Assembly: GCA_001949185.1 (NCBI GenBank)
Contig: BDGG01000003.1
Location: 2,421,663-2,485,662, forward strand
DNA: 64,000 nucleotides
From: Ramazzottius varieornatus
Lineage: Eukaryota > Animalia > Tardigrada
Direction: 5' to 3'
Both the position numbers and the translations under genes were made by a program. Within the stretch, counting starts at the first letter, position 1. Every line of letters begins with the position of its first letter. The notes beneath the pieces are model-generated. The model was not told the origin of the DNA. It saw nothing but the letters and a program-made list of their open reading frames with translations, and did no database searches. Shown piece after piece: positions 11,790-23,687 of the stretch.

Positions 11790-13288
11790 CTAGTATAGGT
11801 CGCCGTTAAGGGAAGAAAGCCGAACCCTGTGATCATGACCGTCTCTATGACTAGAAAAACAAACAGTGGACGTCGGAGTTTGCTTGTTTGTTGTACTCAT
11901 CGAGACTGATACTCTTTGTTTTCTCCGGAACAGGTCGAGGAACCAGGTTTGGAACTTGAGGTTAAGAAGGCCAAAGAGTAATGGGTTGATGCAACACCCA
12001 CTCCACAGGCAGAATAAGAGCAACATAAGGACGCCAACTCGTCCCGTTTCGGCCTCTGTAGGTACTAAACCATGACGCGTGATGATGGATAAAGTGAAGG
12101 GGTAATAGGTGATGAAGAAACACAGGGTGATCAATCCGGCTAGCCGCGTAGTCTGGATCCGCTTCACCAGGATCTTATCCAAATTACCTGTCAGATGATG
12201 CTTGCCTACTCGATCCCGTCGTCGACGTACAGATACCCACACACTGACGTAACAAACGATGGTTCCTGGAAAAAAAATTGTGTTGAGGAACGTCGTTCCC
12301 CGTCCCAAAACAATCGCTGGGTTCACAGACAACGTTTTTGTCTTGAGTTAAACGCTGCGTTTACGCCGTCTCTAAGACGTTATCGGAGCGCAAACTGAGC
12401 GTGATTCAATTTTACGCTCATTTTACGCTGAAAATATCAGGGAACTTTTGAATTTTCGGCGAATTTTTTTGGAGTCAGCGGGAACCGCAAACTGGCTGGA
12501 GCGGGTCGAACCGTGCAAAAGACTGTGAAGATTACGTGGGCAAATGAACTGAACCAGAACGCTGTCTCAAGTGGCGCACGTTTTATTGTTATTGGCTGGG
12601 AGGGTGCGCCACTCGGGAAAACGATCTGGAAGCAGTCACCTGCCCACGTCTCACCTATAGACGGAATTATGACACAGAGGAAAACACAAAGGATAGAATA
12701 TCGCTGATATCCATGGCTCTTCGTCGGGTCTGCAGGAACAGCCGTGCCCATGGGGTAAAGGTCGCCGCTGTCGAAGACGATGTCGGGGATTGCTTCCGCG
12801 AGGATAGGTATGGTTAAAACCAGCGGACAGATCCAAGATGCGCAGATGCCGACAACACTGAGCCAGAGTCGAACTTTGCTTGAGCACTTCGTGTAAAAGA
12901 CAACGGCGATTACCCGGTTTATCGAAATGAACAAGATAGAAAACATGACACTGGTTTGGCAGACTATAAAAACGATAGCAAAGACGGGAACGATCACGCC
13001 GGTAGCCCGGTATCGTGAAATGACGGCGAGGGAGTTCGCGGGATAGACGACGGCCGAAAGTATCAGGTCCGCGATCATTTGGTTGAGGATGAGCAAGTTT
13101 AGTGGTTGTTGCTTGCTGGCGGTGAAAAGTAAAAATAGTACGGTGATTAGATTTCCGATGCTTCCGACGAATAGAAGCGGAAGTACAGCACGAACCATAA
13201 TTTCCAATTGGGGCAGGAAGTAAGGGAATAGTATTGGTGAAGTCGTCGCGTTCGAATAGTTTGAATGCCCAGTGGAAGCATAATCCAT
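11790..13288 (-). CDS. Orphan class A (rhodopsin-like) GPCR, Tre1/Moody/GPR84-like; 2 exons (13288-12655, 12265-11790)
   Basis: Seven hydrophobic segments; GN in TM1, NQMIAD in TM2, SINRV at the DRY position, CFFITYYP in TM6, CINPLLFG in TM7; N-terminal N-glycosylation sequons. Confidence 0.85.
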
Positions 13289-15104
13289 CCCTGAAGTCGG
13301 ATCAGAAGCTGTGAATTTTCCGTGGAGAGTGGAGTGCTAGATATACAATGAGCGCTGGTTTAAATTCTCGCGTTTCTGTTCGAGGAAGTAAGTCATGCCG
13401 GCGAACGATCTGAATCGGTAGGACCAGGAAGCGAGATGCGCTACTTGAGACGACAATCTTCGTGCGTGACGTGAGCCTTGGGTCTTGAAGATCTCAATTT
13501 GGTGCAGGGCTTTGACTATTTTATCCATGTGCTGAATGCATTAAGCTTCTAAACTGATGATACGTGGTACCAGGAAGTATAAGGCGTGATGTTTAGGTAA
13601 GACGCATGTAAGATTTTTTCATAATCATTAGTGAGGAGCTTTCCGGTAGCACTCCGTCTATCAATATGTTTCAGAGCCTTTTGACATCAATGGCTGAACA
13701 CACCTGGCCTTAAGTGGTAAAAAAGGAGGAGTTCTGGTAATTATTAAGGTGAAAATGCGTAAAACGCCCATTGATTGCCTCGAGGTTATTGCCGCAAGGT
13801 TTTTCCACATAATCATGCGCTGTATGTGCTGCCTGCAGAATGCACCTGCCTGCAGAATCCATCAATGTGATTTTTTTCCTTGTTACCTGTATATGTTTTG
13901 AGATAAATTCTTTTCGCGGAATTGATGCGTAAAACAATAAGGGAATGGATAAATGACCTCCGGAAGACGCTGGTCTGATGCTGAATCTTGAACCAGCAAC
14001 CAAAGATCCGTCAAGAAGGTGCCTGGTGGCGGGCGCAGCAGGCATTGTGGGAAATACCTACTGGGTAGCTTGCTGATGGACGGTTTCAGGAAGACTGACA
14101 ATAACAGTGGGGGGCTACCAGAATACTATAGCTCGTTTGCACTGTTTCGTTATGGAGAGACGAGCAGATGCAACGCGTGCAGGGAGCAACGCGAACATTA
14201 CACGTAGTCACGCAGCAAACGGTAAGATGATGCCGGACTTCGAGGTTGATTTATGTAAATTGACAAGGCGAAATCTGCAGCTTCCGTTCATGGACGTAAA
14301 GGTTGAAGTTTTGGCCTTTTATCAGTTTACGTTACAGCTTTTCAACTCAAGCTTCCAAATATGAAGAAAGTCATTTCGGACTGGGTGATTTGGTCAATGG
14401 CCAAAAATGTTCAGGAATCGATTTTTTCATCTGGGGCAGTTAGGGGCGAGTTGAGACGGCTGGTGCAGCCTTATGTAGCACTCATCGGAGTATCCCATGG
14501 TGCAAAGCTCATGGGCGGCAGATGAACATTAAGCGAGATATCACTTCGGCAGATAAGGGTCCTACAGTGGTCACAATTGAACTTCGAACTATCGCGAATG
14601 AGCGAACTGAGGCCTTCCTTTGCCTTTATGTTGAGAACCGTCAGGTCGTGGTGAAACTCGTACAGCACAAAGTCGACGATAGTGATTCATACGGGCGTAC
14701 AAAACGAAGAGTATAGATGGCCGAGACCAAGATGGGGAGCCTGCACACGATCTCGGAAGAATCTATTGTGGCGCAGTTTTCATTCCTGTTGGCGGGTAAT
14801 GTGCGCCACACGAACAACGATCATCCCGAGATTGTTTCACGGGTACCCCGATAAGCGGGTATTACTGCAATGTTTGAGTAACGGTGTGGGACAAAGCACA
14901 GTCAGTGTGAAGCTAATGATGAACGGATAATGCTCCAGTGTAGATAATGGCTCCGGATACGGTGGCGGACCCTGAAACAAAAACAAAACATCAGTCCCAG
15001 ACAATATTCAAAAATATGTACATATTAATAAGAACGTAAAGTCGAAGGAAGAAAAATTCGAAGGGATGCTGGCATTTATACCTGTGACGGCGAAGTCTGC
15101 TCCA

Positions 15105-15431
15105 TCAACCGCGAGCAACCTGTCTAGGGCGTGGCAAGGTGGGAACGTTCTGCATGGCCAGCATCACGTCGCGCTGTTGGACCTGGAGAGCGTTGATTCT
15201 GCCACGCAAAACGCGAACGGTGATGGCAAAGGCACACACCATCAAGACCAAAGCTGTGACGAGAGCTCCAGCAGCGATTTTGTGCATGAAATGGTCCTCC
15301 ATCAATGATCGCTTCTTGACATCGCAGCGGTTTTCCATCATATCGTAAAACTCCTGGGCATATTCCACCATTTTCGCGCTGACCTGGTCCTCTGTCATGA
15401 AGTTCCCGTATCGCTGACCAATCATCTGCAC
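15105..15431 (-). CDS. Exon of a small single-pass membrane protein of unknown function (5' exons probably at 15535-15708)
   Basis: ORF with protein-like composition and one TM helix (IAAGALVTALVLMVCAFAITV) followed by basic residues. Upstream splicing could not be resolved. Confidence 0.45.
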   Translation of the reverse strand: MQMIGQRYGNFMTEDQVSAKMVEYAQEFYDMMENRCDVKKRSLMEDHFMHKIAAGALVTALVLMVCAFAITVRVLRGRINALQVQQRDVMLAMQNVPTLPRPRQVARG

Positions 15432-16448
15432 CTCAAATGATCACAAAGGATCTCGTACAGTGATCATGAGACCTTAGAAGCAAATTTTTTCCAAAAATAT
15501 CTGGAGGAAAAGATCACAAACAGAAATTCGTACTAGACTGTTAGGTTAGAGTATGTCACGTCCATGCTCTCCTTAGAGCATAGGCGTGACAGCTGACAAG
15601 ATGTGTGGAGCCACTCCTGGGAGTAAGACTAGCCAGTTGCCGAGTACACCATCCGCCAGAACCATAACCATGACGAAGTCAAACAGAGCAATGCTGGCGG
15701 TGCCCATGATTTATTCCGGGATTCAGAAAGCGAAGATACCGTAAAAGAAAGAGTCGGAAGGAGAATATCTTGTTAGGAAAGATGGCAAGTTAGGACGAGA
15801 AACGTTCGACAAGTGGTTCTTTGTGTGACTGCACGGCGTTTGCGGACGTTTTACGTCTAAAGGTCGTAGTAATACTCTTGTCTGGATGAATCGGTGTGCG
15901 TCACCGTAAAACTATGCTTCTACGCGTAGAAAAAACGAAGAAATATTTGATGCGTTGGAGATCACATCGTGCGGCTTCCTCATTCTTTCGAAAGCGTAGT
16001 AGGAAACATTTCTTGCTCGAAATTTATGGTCCGCGCTGTTGTAACCTTGCTTACAAGCTTTGTAATGGCGGACAATGTTTTGCATCCCATTTGGAGCTTT
16101 TTCCACAGGGAACCGGCAAAAGCAGGATAACGTTATCCTGCAGTATGCACAGATTGTGGCACTCGTCTTATCAATTCCCACGTTCCCTATCTGCTTGACC
16201 ATATTCGGCAAAACTGCTCAATCACATGGATCACATGTTCTTATTTCCACTGCCAACAATGACATGGAATCATCATGTCCAGTTGTACGGAGAATTAATG
16301 GCTAATTACAAGTGTAGTTCCGTATTTCAACTACGCCGTCACTACTACGTTTGCACTTCTGCTCCTTTGACTTCCCGCAGATATCAATAGTACACACCTG
16401 ACCGCAGCAACAACTCTGCAACAAAAATTCTTCCCAAAAATACACTAC

Positions 16449-16602
16449 TGTACACGCGCCTGGCCTAACTGTTGGCATGGACAAAAGAGTTGGCAGCCGG
16501 CCGAAAGCGGTAATGGCCACCTTAATTTGATGTACGTTGCCACTTTCGACCGGCTGCCAGCTGTTTTTTTCCATGGCATGAGTTAGGCCAGGCGCGTGCA
16601 CA
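16449..16602. mobile_element. Palindromic MITE-like element (~155 bp)
   Basis: Arms tgtacacgcgcctggcctaact...ttggcagccggccgaaag and ctttcgaccggctgccagc...agttaggccaggcgcgtgcaca. Confidence 0.75.
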
Positions 16603-18377
16603 CCCTTGCATAGGGGAAACTCTTTCCTTGTACAGGGGCAGGTGATCAGCCAAAGGGTGACCACTGGTCAATCGTTACTTGTGGGTGCGCAGAGGTGCGC
16701 GTTGGTTATCGAATGCCCCTCATTAAAACCAGCAACTTGATGTTGTTAGATGCGTTCTTGGGCCCATAGGAGCAAATCACCCAGTTCCAAATGATTTTTT
16801 TCGTATGGTGGTCAGTTTACTCTCGGCGGACAACATATCCGGCGGGTTGACCATCGCCGATAAATCGAGGTACCGTATGTAGAGACCGATTTTAACACAT
16901 CCAGCTTGACCGTAAACTCAGACAAGCAGTACGATATGTAGGTTATGTTTCGTCCATACTGCTTCAGGACTGTAGTGCCTCGATGCATGTTCTTGTTCGA
17001 GCTGATGAACTTAACAACACACAGCTATGGAGTTCTCGGTGCAAAATCCGGCGTCTTCGTCCTGCCAAGCGATGCCGACCGGAATATAGTGCGGCTTTTC
17101 TCTTCCACCTCAGCCAGCCGGAGACAATGTTATCGCTAACTCGACAATTCTAGGACCAAACACAGACTCGGTGGTAACTACCACCGCCTTTCTTATTGCA
17201 GCGACCCCAGCGATTCCGCTCATAAAAGACAAGTATGGTACACAGGAGCTCTGTTGGATCGGTGGCACTAAATGGTCCGGAATGGCGACAAAGCTGTCTG
17301 CGCCATATAACCGGTCCGGGATATGCTTGAGTGAGCGTGGTTTCTGCATTGGGTAAGGATCGATGTCTGAACCGGCTCAGATTTTGCTTAATTATGGTAT
17401 CACCTAAATTCCAGAGTGCGACATACCGGTGTGGCATAGCCGCTAGCGGATATCGCGACCACACACGAACGTAAGGAGCGATCCACAGTTTATTACAGGT
17501 ACAATTTCGCATCTTTTTGGTATACCGTAATCTTTTATTTCCTGAACCAAAGCGGGCGTCTTTGTAGATCTTGTAGAATCCGCGATGAGGTGTTACGTGT
17601 CGAACGACGGCACGGACATGCCGACCGCATTACTGCCATGTTTGGATTACTCGTTGAGCTCGAGTCAAGTTTTGTCCCTGCAAAATCAAACAGCGTTTTC
17701 GGTAATGAATAAGTATGCACTTGAGTGTCTCCTGAATTTAGTTGCTGTGAATTTATTGTATCTGATTAACTGTTCATCTTACCAATTTCAGGATGTTTTT
17801 GAGTTCTAATAGCAGCAGATGACTCAACGGATCCTCGGATTTCCCGTGCAACCAGCAAGACGTGATTAACCTGACTGTTCACCAGAAATTGTTTTATCTG
17901 CTCGGAACCGATTTCTTCCGCTCTGACGTACATATGTAATATTGTACGTTTGTCGGTAAAGACGGAAGTCGATCAGTGATGAATTGTTAATTTTCCGATC
18001 GTCTCCATACTAACGAAACCTTGCTCAAAACATCAAATTGCTGATACCTGGAAGGACATGATACGCTTGTTTGATAATGATTAATAATGAAACGCAATAT
18101 ATTCGCTTCTCGACGAAATGTCTAAGCAAAGAAAACAAATTTTATGGCTAACGGGGATTACGCATAATTTAATTTCCGGCTGCTGTACTGGCCATGGTTC
18201 TTAATATGCACAAATAAATTTCGCAACTTGTGTTGAGCAGACTGTCTTCAGTAGCCAAAATACAGTTCTTGGGCAGCATCGTTCGGCAGTATTCTTTCGA
18301 AGCCTCGGTGTCCTTCCGTCCTTGCGTTCTACAGTTTTTTTCTCTATCCTGTTTACAATCGAGAACTCTCTTGCACG

Positions 18378-18852
18378 ATGTCGTTCTCAGCAAATTTCGG
18401 TGCGTCTGCTTTGGGATGTCTGCTCTTAGCCACTTTGATTTCCTCCGGTAAGTGAACCCGACACACTCGTTAACCGCCACAGCTTGGTAACTGTTTTGTC
18501 GAAGGGTTGTCGAGGTTACGTCAAATATTCACATTTGGTTACAGCTGCGGTCCTTCCTCCAACAAAAGCCACCTTGAAGCCCGTCGCGAAAGGGTCCCTG
18601 ATCGCCGTGAACAACTGGAACTGTGAAGTCGTGGCTACAAATGTACCCCTTGCGAAACCTACTCGGGAACAGCTCTTGGCTGGAGGACCCGCCAACCCAG
18701 CTTGCAGTAACGACAGTGGAAGTTCCAGCGCAGCCGGCGCACCTCGGCGCCCTGTCAACGGCGACAATGACTTTGAGATGAAGCCGGGTAAGCTGATGCA
18801 AGTGGGCAACATCTGCTGCAAGGTCACCACCCAACGTTCCGGTGGAAAATAA
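18378..18852 (+). CDS. Small secreted 4-Cys protein of unknown function; 2 exons (18378-18447, 18545-18852)
   Basis: Exon 1 encodes the signal peptide MSFSANFGASALGCLLLATLISS, followed by a strong gtaagt donor; the phase-1 join is in frame with AAVLPPTK...QRSGGK-stop. Confidence 0.75.
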
Positions 18853-19181
18853 GCTGAGCAAGACCTTGACAGAAAGCTCCCATTGACTTCGATTGAATAT
18901 TTTTGTGATGCAACACACAGCCGCTGTATTTGCGGTTTTATTTCTTGTCGTTTGGGACGCCGGCAAGTGATTTGAACTTGGTCGTTTCCAAAGTGGCGCA
19001 CAGCTTTAATCAAAACAATGAAAGTATGCGCGCCTGCAATAACGATTGTGCTCATTTCATCTGCCATCTTTCATTTCCGAGGTCCCATTTCATACTTACG
19101 AGCATAACACATTTACCAGAAATCTTGCCATGTAAGCTTAGTCACCTATGATAAATGAATAAAATATGTCTCATTGAAAGC

Positions 19182-19871
19182 TTAGCCTTGAGTGGGGAAT
19201 CGACTAATGAGCGCCAGGCCTAAAAGACTGAGCAATGCTAACTGGCCAAAATCCATACCGCCACTACTGCTACTGCTGCTGCTTCCACCTCCGCTGTTTC
19301 CATAAAAAGGCGGTGGGTAGTAACCGCCGTAGCCCCCTCCGAATCCGAATCCACCGCGATAGCCACCGCGGTCACTCAGGAGCAGAGCGAGCAAGAGGGC
19401 GTCGGTACTCCCTCCACCTCGGCCGAACCCTCCATAGCCGAACTGCCTCGCTTGACGGAGGATAGCTGTGGCATTGGCGTTGAGGCTTCCGTTGGCACGA
19501 AGGGTTTGTAGAAGTTCCGGTAGAGACGGGTTGGAGTTGGCGACGTCCACTCCGAATAGTCGAGTCAGCAACCGGTTGCGTTCCGTGGCATTGCCGAGAA
19601 TTTCATGAAGGCGAGCGGTGACGTTTGAGCTAATGTTAGCGAAAGGACTTACTGGCAGGTTGACTATAGGTTCGATGAGGACTGGGGAACTTCCACTGGA
19701 AACGCTACCGGCTGTCTCGACCACGTTAGATGAGTTGGTGATGACAATGTCCGAAGATTCATCGTCGTTTTCGACGGGGACGGATAGAATGGATGGGAGC
19801 AGAATGATTCCAGCCAGAAGGTAGCAACTGCATAGTTGAGATGGAAGTAACAGAAGGTTCCTGGTATGCAT
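19182..19871 (-). CDS. Secreted Gly-rich prepro-protein, FPTQG family copy 1 (most divergent pro-region)
   Basis: Signal peptide from Met at 19871, pro-region with many N-x-S/T sequons, RQAR|QFG, LLLALLLSDRG, ends LLGLALISRFPTQG-stop. Confidence 0.85.
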   Translation of the reverse strand: MHTRNLLLLPSQLCSCYLLAGIILLPSILSVPVENDDESSDIVITNSSNVVETAGSVSSGSSPVLIEPIVNLPVSPFANISSNVTARLHEILGNATERNRLLTRLFGVDVANSNPSLPELLQTLRANGSLNANATAILRQARQFGYGGFGRGGGSTDALLLALLLSDRGGYRGGFGFGGGYGGYYPPPFYGNSGGGSSSSSSSGGMDFGQLALLSLLGLALISRFPTQG

Positions 19872-20835
19872 GTCGGCCAGAGAACCTTGTGGAGACCTTA
19901 CGGATGACCACTGAAAGCGAAAGAAAGTTGGCTGTTTAAAACCGAAAGGTATAAGTCGTCCCCTTATATTACTGTTGGTGAGTAGTGAGTACCATGCATG
20001 ATTCTCCGTTGCACTCTTCCGCATCGCTCCACTTCGTTTGTGGAGTATTTAAAGATTCTGTCAATCGAACTGCTGTGGACTTTTCCGCATGTGAAGACAT
20101 GGTTCGCGTTCCATCGATGGTACCTTAGCCGAAGACGGGGTATCAGTGATGGGTAACTCTCACTGAAGTTTCACTTTTCGACGGTAGAAGAAACGTAAGA
20201 GAGAAGGGAGCTTAGCCCACTAACCGCATAGCGAACCGGTGTACATTCTCATATGCGTTGTATGCTTGGTTTGTCGCACTATCGAACACACGGTGTTTGA
20301 TGGTGAAGCAAGTTTTAATTAGATCAAAGATCGTTCTTGTTTTTTGGATTGGATATCTCGCTCTCAGTGAACATATTGCACCGGGTGAGTTTGTTGCTGT
20401 GGCTTAGACTGTTTGCACTGTGTTTTCAGGCTTCTGTAGTACTAAGCTGCTCTTGGGACGGGGTACAGGATCATATTTTTCCCACGCTGAGAAGCCGTAA
20501 ATTTTACTCCTGGAAAGTCGTAGAAGAGCTTAAGAAGAGATGAGAAAAACCGGAGGAAGGGAAAGCAGGGATGAAGGAGATCAGAGAACGTATTAAGAAA
20601 GTATCCCTGCTACCAATAATAAGTATTAATCAAATTAGAATTAATACATCAATACATATTTTTGGCAATGAGAGATGCATGCCACTTGGAGCCGATTGTC
20701 GGAGGAGAGAGGAACAAATGGAAATTTGGGTTTGGAATGTTGAAATCCACAGCGGAGGGGCACAATCACAATGAGCAGGTACGAAGGTTTGGACCAAAAT
20801 ATACCATTGAGACTGGCTCGATTTCCTGCAGTGGT

Positions 20836-21390
20836 TTATCCTTGTGTAGGGAATCGAGAAATGACAGCAAGACCCAGGAGAATCAACGGCAGCAATGTGG
20901 ATAAGTCGTTCGAGTTGTTGTCGGTCGAAGGAGCAGGAGCGGGAGCCGGTGCAGGGACGACTATGGGTCCGGAACCGCCCCAGCCACCGAATCCGCCACG
21001 CCCACCAAATCCATCACGATCTCGGACCAACAAAGCGAGTAACAATGGACTGATGCCTCCTCCTCCTCCGAAACCACCGCCGAATCCACCACCGAACCCG
21101 AAACCAGGGAATCCAAACTGTTTGGCTTCCCGAAGACTGACGTTAGAATGGGCCAAGGTCTGGTTCATCAGGGTATGTAACTCCGAGGCGTTCATAGACT
21201 TAAGCTTGTTGATCACGGCTTCCTGTGGGGAACCTTTGGTAATGTTCAAGGCCGCCATGAGTTGCTCGGGGGACATCTTTGTAGGATCAAGGAGAGAAGC
21301 ACTGGCTGGGGGAGCGGGAAGGGTTAGTCCATGGACGCAGATGCCCATCACGGCGAAGGCGGAAAGCGTCACGTAGAGCCGTGACGACAT
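20836..21390 (-). CDS. Secreted Gly-rich prepro-protein, FPTQG family copy 2
   Basis: Signal peptide, pro-domain NITKGSPQEAVINKLKSMNASELHTLMNQT, REAK|QFG, Gly/Phe repeats, PAPAPAP, ends LLGLAVISRFPTQG-stop. Confidence 0.9.
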   Translation of the reverse strand: MSSRLYVTLSAFAVMGICVHGLTLPAPPASASLLDPTKMSPEQLMAALNITKGSPQEAVINKLKSMNASELHTLMNQTLAHSNVSLREAKQFGFPGFGFGGGFGGGFGGGGGISPLLLALLVRDRDGFGGRGGFGGWGGSGPIVVPAPAPAPAPSTDNNSNDLSTLLPLILLGLAVISRFPTQG

Positions 21391-21465
21391 TGTGGGTGAT
21401 CGCTGGAAGACGCCGAGAAAGGAAGTGGTGCTAGACTGTAGTGGATGGTTTGTGTTACGTAAGTT

Positions 21466-21473
21466 ATTTTATA
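21466..21473 (-). promoter_or_regulatory. Probable TATA box of FPTQG copy 2
   Basis: TATAAAA on the minus strand ~80 nt upstream of the ATG. TATA-like hexamers occur at similar distances before copies 3 (near 22988) and 4 (near 24230). Confidence 0.5.
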
Positions 21474-22267
21474 TGGCTGCCTCTGGTAGAGCAAACTTGG
21501 GACCGGAGGTTTGCACCGAACAGAAGATCTGGTCGTATGCGGAGCAACGACTTTGCACGACGAAGAACCAAGGCATACGGGACGATAAACATATTCTTCT
21601 CCGAGAGTCTTGATGGTTCGTTGGACGCGATCACAAAGAACCGGTATGGCGGGAGGGTGCGTTAGATACGAGCGCGGCAGGTTCTCTGGTCTCGGTGATT
21701 GACTGCAGCTGCAGATCTGCAGTCGACATTGGTCATTTCGCTTTGATATTTTCGATCATTCATCCTTCAAGTTAGTTTTATTGGTGTTTTTCACCGAGTA
21801 AGAAACATCTACGCAGAACGTATCGAAGCACTCCAGTTATTACTTGGAGGACATGGGAACAAACATAACATTAGCTCCAGCTGAGATGCCCGGATGTTGG
21901 GTCTTCACGATATGGAACCGGTGGTACTCTGTCTGGATCACTATCGAAGGCTGGGAGCCCGGGATGGATGGAGCCTGTTTCGGCGGTTGAGTTCGGTTTA
22001 TTCGTTATTGTCAACCACTCGTCGCAGCTAGTATCCTAATGGCATCAATCGAGTTCTTCGTTCAAGGTTTAATGAGAAAACAGGAAAGAGAAATGAGCAA
22101 TCGAAAAGTAGAATTTGAGAAAGAAATATGCGGCGAACCGAAAAGAAAACGATGATCAGACCCAGAAACTATGATTAACGCAGAGAGGAAAGGGGTATAA
22201 ACGAAACACCATGAACCAAAGCAGACGGTCAAAAATGTGAAGACTCCTAGAGATCAAATATCGTGGG

Positions 22268-22287
22268 CAGAGAGAGAGAGAGAGAGA
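22268..22287. repeat. (AG)n microsatellite
   Basis: About nine AG units. Confidence 0.8.
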
Positions 22288-22363
22288 TATACACAAAAAT
22301 TTAAACCAATGCGGAATTCGGTGAAGAAAAAACTAACAACGCTTGCTGCAGATCCGTCAAGAC

Positions 22364-22879
22364 TTAACCTTGGGTGGGGAATCTGGAAATCACAGCAAGA
22401 CCCAGCAGAGTAAGGGCGGCGAAAGCAGCCAGGTCGTCATTACCGCCACCGCTCGGCGAGGGCGCAGGAGCAGGCGGGGGAGCTGGCATGAATATGGGAG
22501 AACCTCCACCGGCACCACCACCGTATCCACCACCGTATCCACGGTCTCGGATCAACAGAGCCAGCAGCAGCGGAGAGATATTTCCATCACCAGACCCGCC
22601 ATAGCCAAACATTCTACCCTCTCGTGACGTAGAGTTCCCGCCTAAATGCGCCATGGTCTGGTTCATCAATGTGTGAAGTTCCGATGCATTCATCGCTCTC
22701 AATTTATTCAGCATAGCTTCTTCGGGCGAACCCTTGGTGACATTGAGCATGGACATGATGTGGTCGGGTGTGAAGGACGAAAGGGAAGCCGCTGGAGCTT
22801 GCTTGGATGTGGTAAGCCCATTCACGGAAAGAGTGAGGACCACGAAGGCCGAAAGCGTCACGTAGAGTAGTGAAAACAT
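22364..22879 (-). CDS. Secreted Gly-rich prepro-protein, FPTQG family copy 3
   Basis: MFSLLYVTLSAFVVLTLSVNG signal peptide, same pro-domain as copy 2, REGR|MFG, SPLLLALLIRDRG, ends LLGLAVISRFPTQG-stop. Confidence 0.9.
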   Translation of the reverse strand: MFSLLYVTLSAFVVLTLSVNGLTTSKQAPAASLSSFTPDHIMSMLNVTKGSPEEAMLNKLRAMNASELHTLMNQTMAHLGGNSTSREGRMFGYGGSGDGNISPLLLALLIRDRGYGGGYGGGAGGGSPIFMPAPPPAPAPSPSGGGNDDLAAFAALTLLGLAVISRFPTQG

Positions 22880-23687
22880 GCCGAAAGTTACAAGCAGCCT
22901 CTGTTTCTCCAACAGTAAGACTTCCGCTAGCTGAGAAAAGAGAAACGGACACTAGAAACCTAAGTAATGATTAGAACCCAGATACCTTATATCACAGCAC
23001 CAGGGTTGCTGAATAATTTCAGCAGAAACAGGACCAGCAACCAAGCTCGCGGTACCGGAGAACCATGGTCCATGGGCCTGAATTCACTCTCTTATGATCA
23101 CTATAGCGACCTAATTTCCATTGCGTCGCACTGATGTTGTGCTCGTACATCAACTATTGATCACTGAAAGTTCGCTGAGCTTTCCGGTATTGATCAATTT
23201 TCCCGCGGTATGTGGAATCAAAATCGGCTGCTCTCGTCCATCCTTGCTGTCGTCAAGCGTGTAAATTTGAGTTTCCACGTCTTCGGCTATCCTGGGGAGT
23301 GGGGCATGCGGGCGGCACGTTGGAGATCGTCCGTCAGGTTCTTCGATCATTATCTGCTTCGAATGCAAATGGAACTGGATGCTGCTGTATCTAGTGAGAA
23401 GTCATATTCAATTTGATCTCGGAAGCCCCGTCAACTTGATCATCACAGAGTCGTAAACATGTTTGAAAGAAGACCGAAACCAAAAAAAAGTAAGACGAAA
23501 AAAACGAGATAAGCCAGAAAAGTACAGCTTGAAATGGAAGGCCGATGAGAATAGGACTGAAAATAGTAAGAGCTTCAAGCGTAATACGTCTGTAGGTGTT
23601 AGAAAGATAGGAAACCAAGAACACACCGCAAAGATGTAAAAAAAACCATTTGCTTGCAGAGAAGACCCAATAGTTCGGCGGTTTATC

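Noticed and set aside
15085-15107. In-frame TGA followed by a possible donor and downstream exon (selenocysteine or readthrough)
   Set aside because: No SECIS seen and the continuation is not protein-like; simplest reading is a normal stop.
18516-19067. 183-aa and 145-aa minus-strand ORFs
   Set aside because: Antisense to the spliced secreted gene at 18378-18852, which has the signal peptide and splice sites.
19872-20024. Upstream extension of the 280-aa ORF (also 22880-22912, 30133-30195 and 55312-55563)
   Set aside because: The signal peptide or first suitable ATG begins downstream; the extensions run over probable promoter or UTR sequence.
20771-21376. Pro-rich plus-strand ORFs (also 23698-24150 and 22374-22604)
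   Set aside because: Antisense shadows of the Gly-rich FPTQG genes; signal peptides and conserved stops are on the minus strand.
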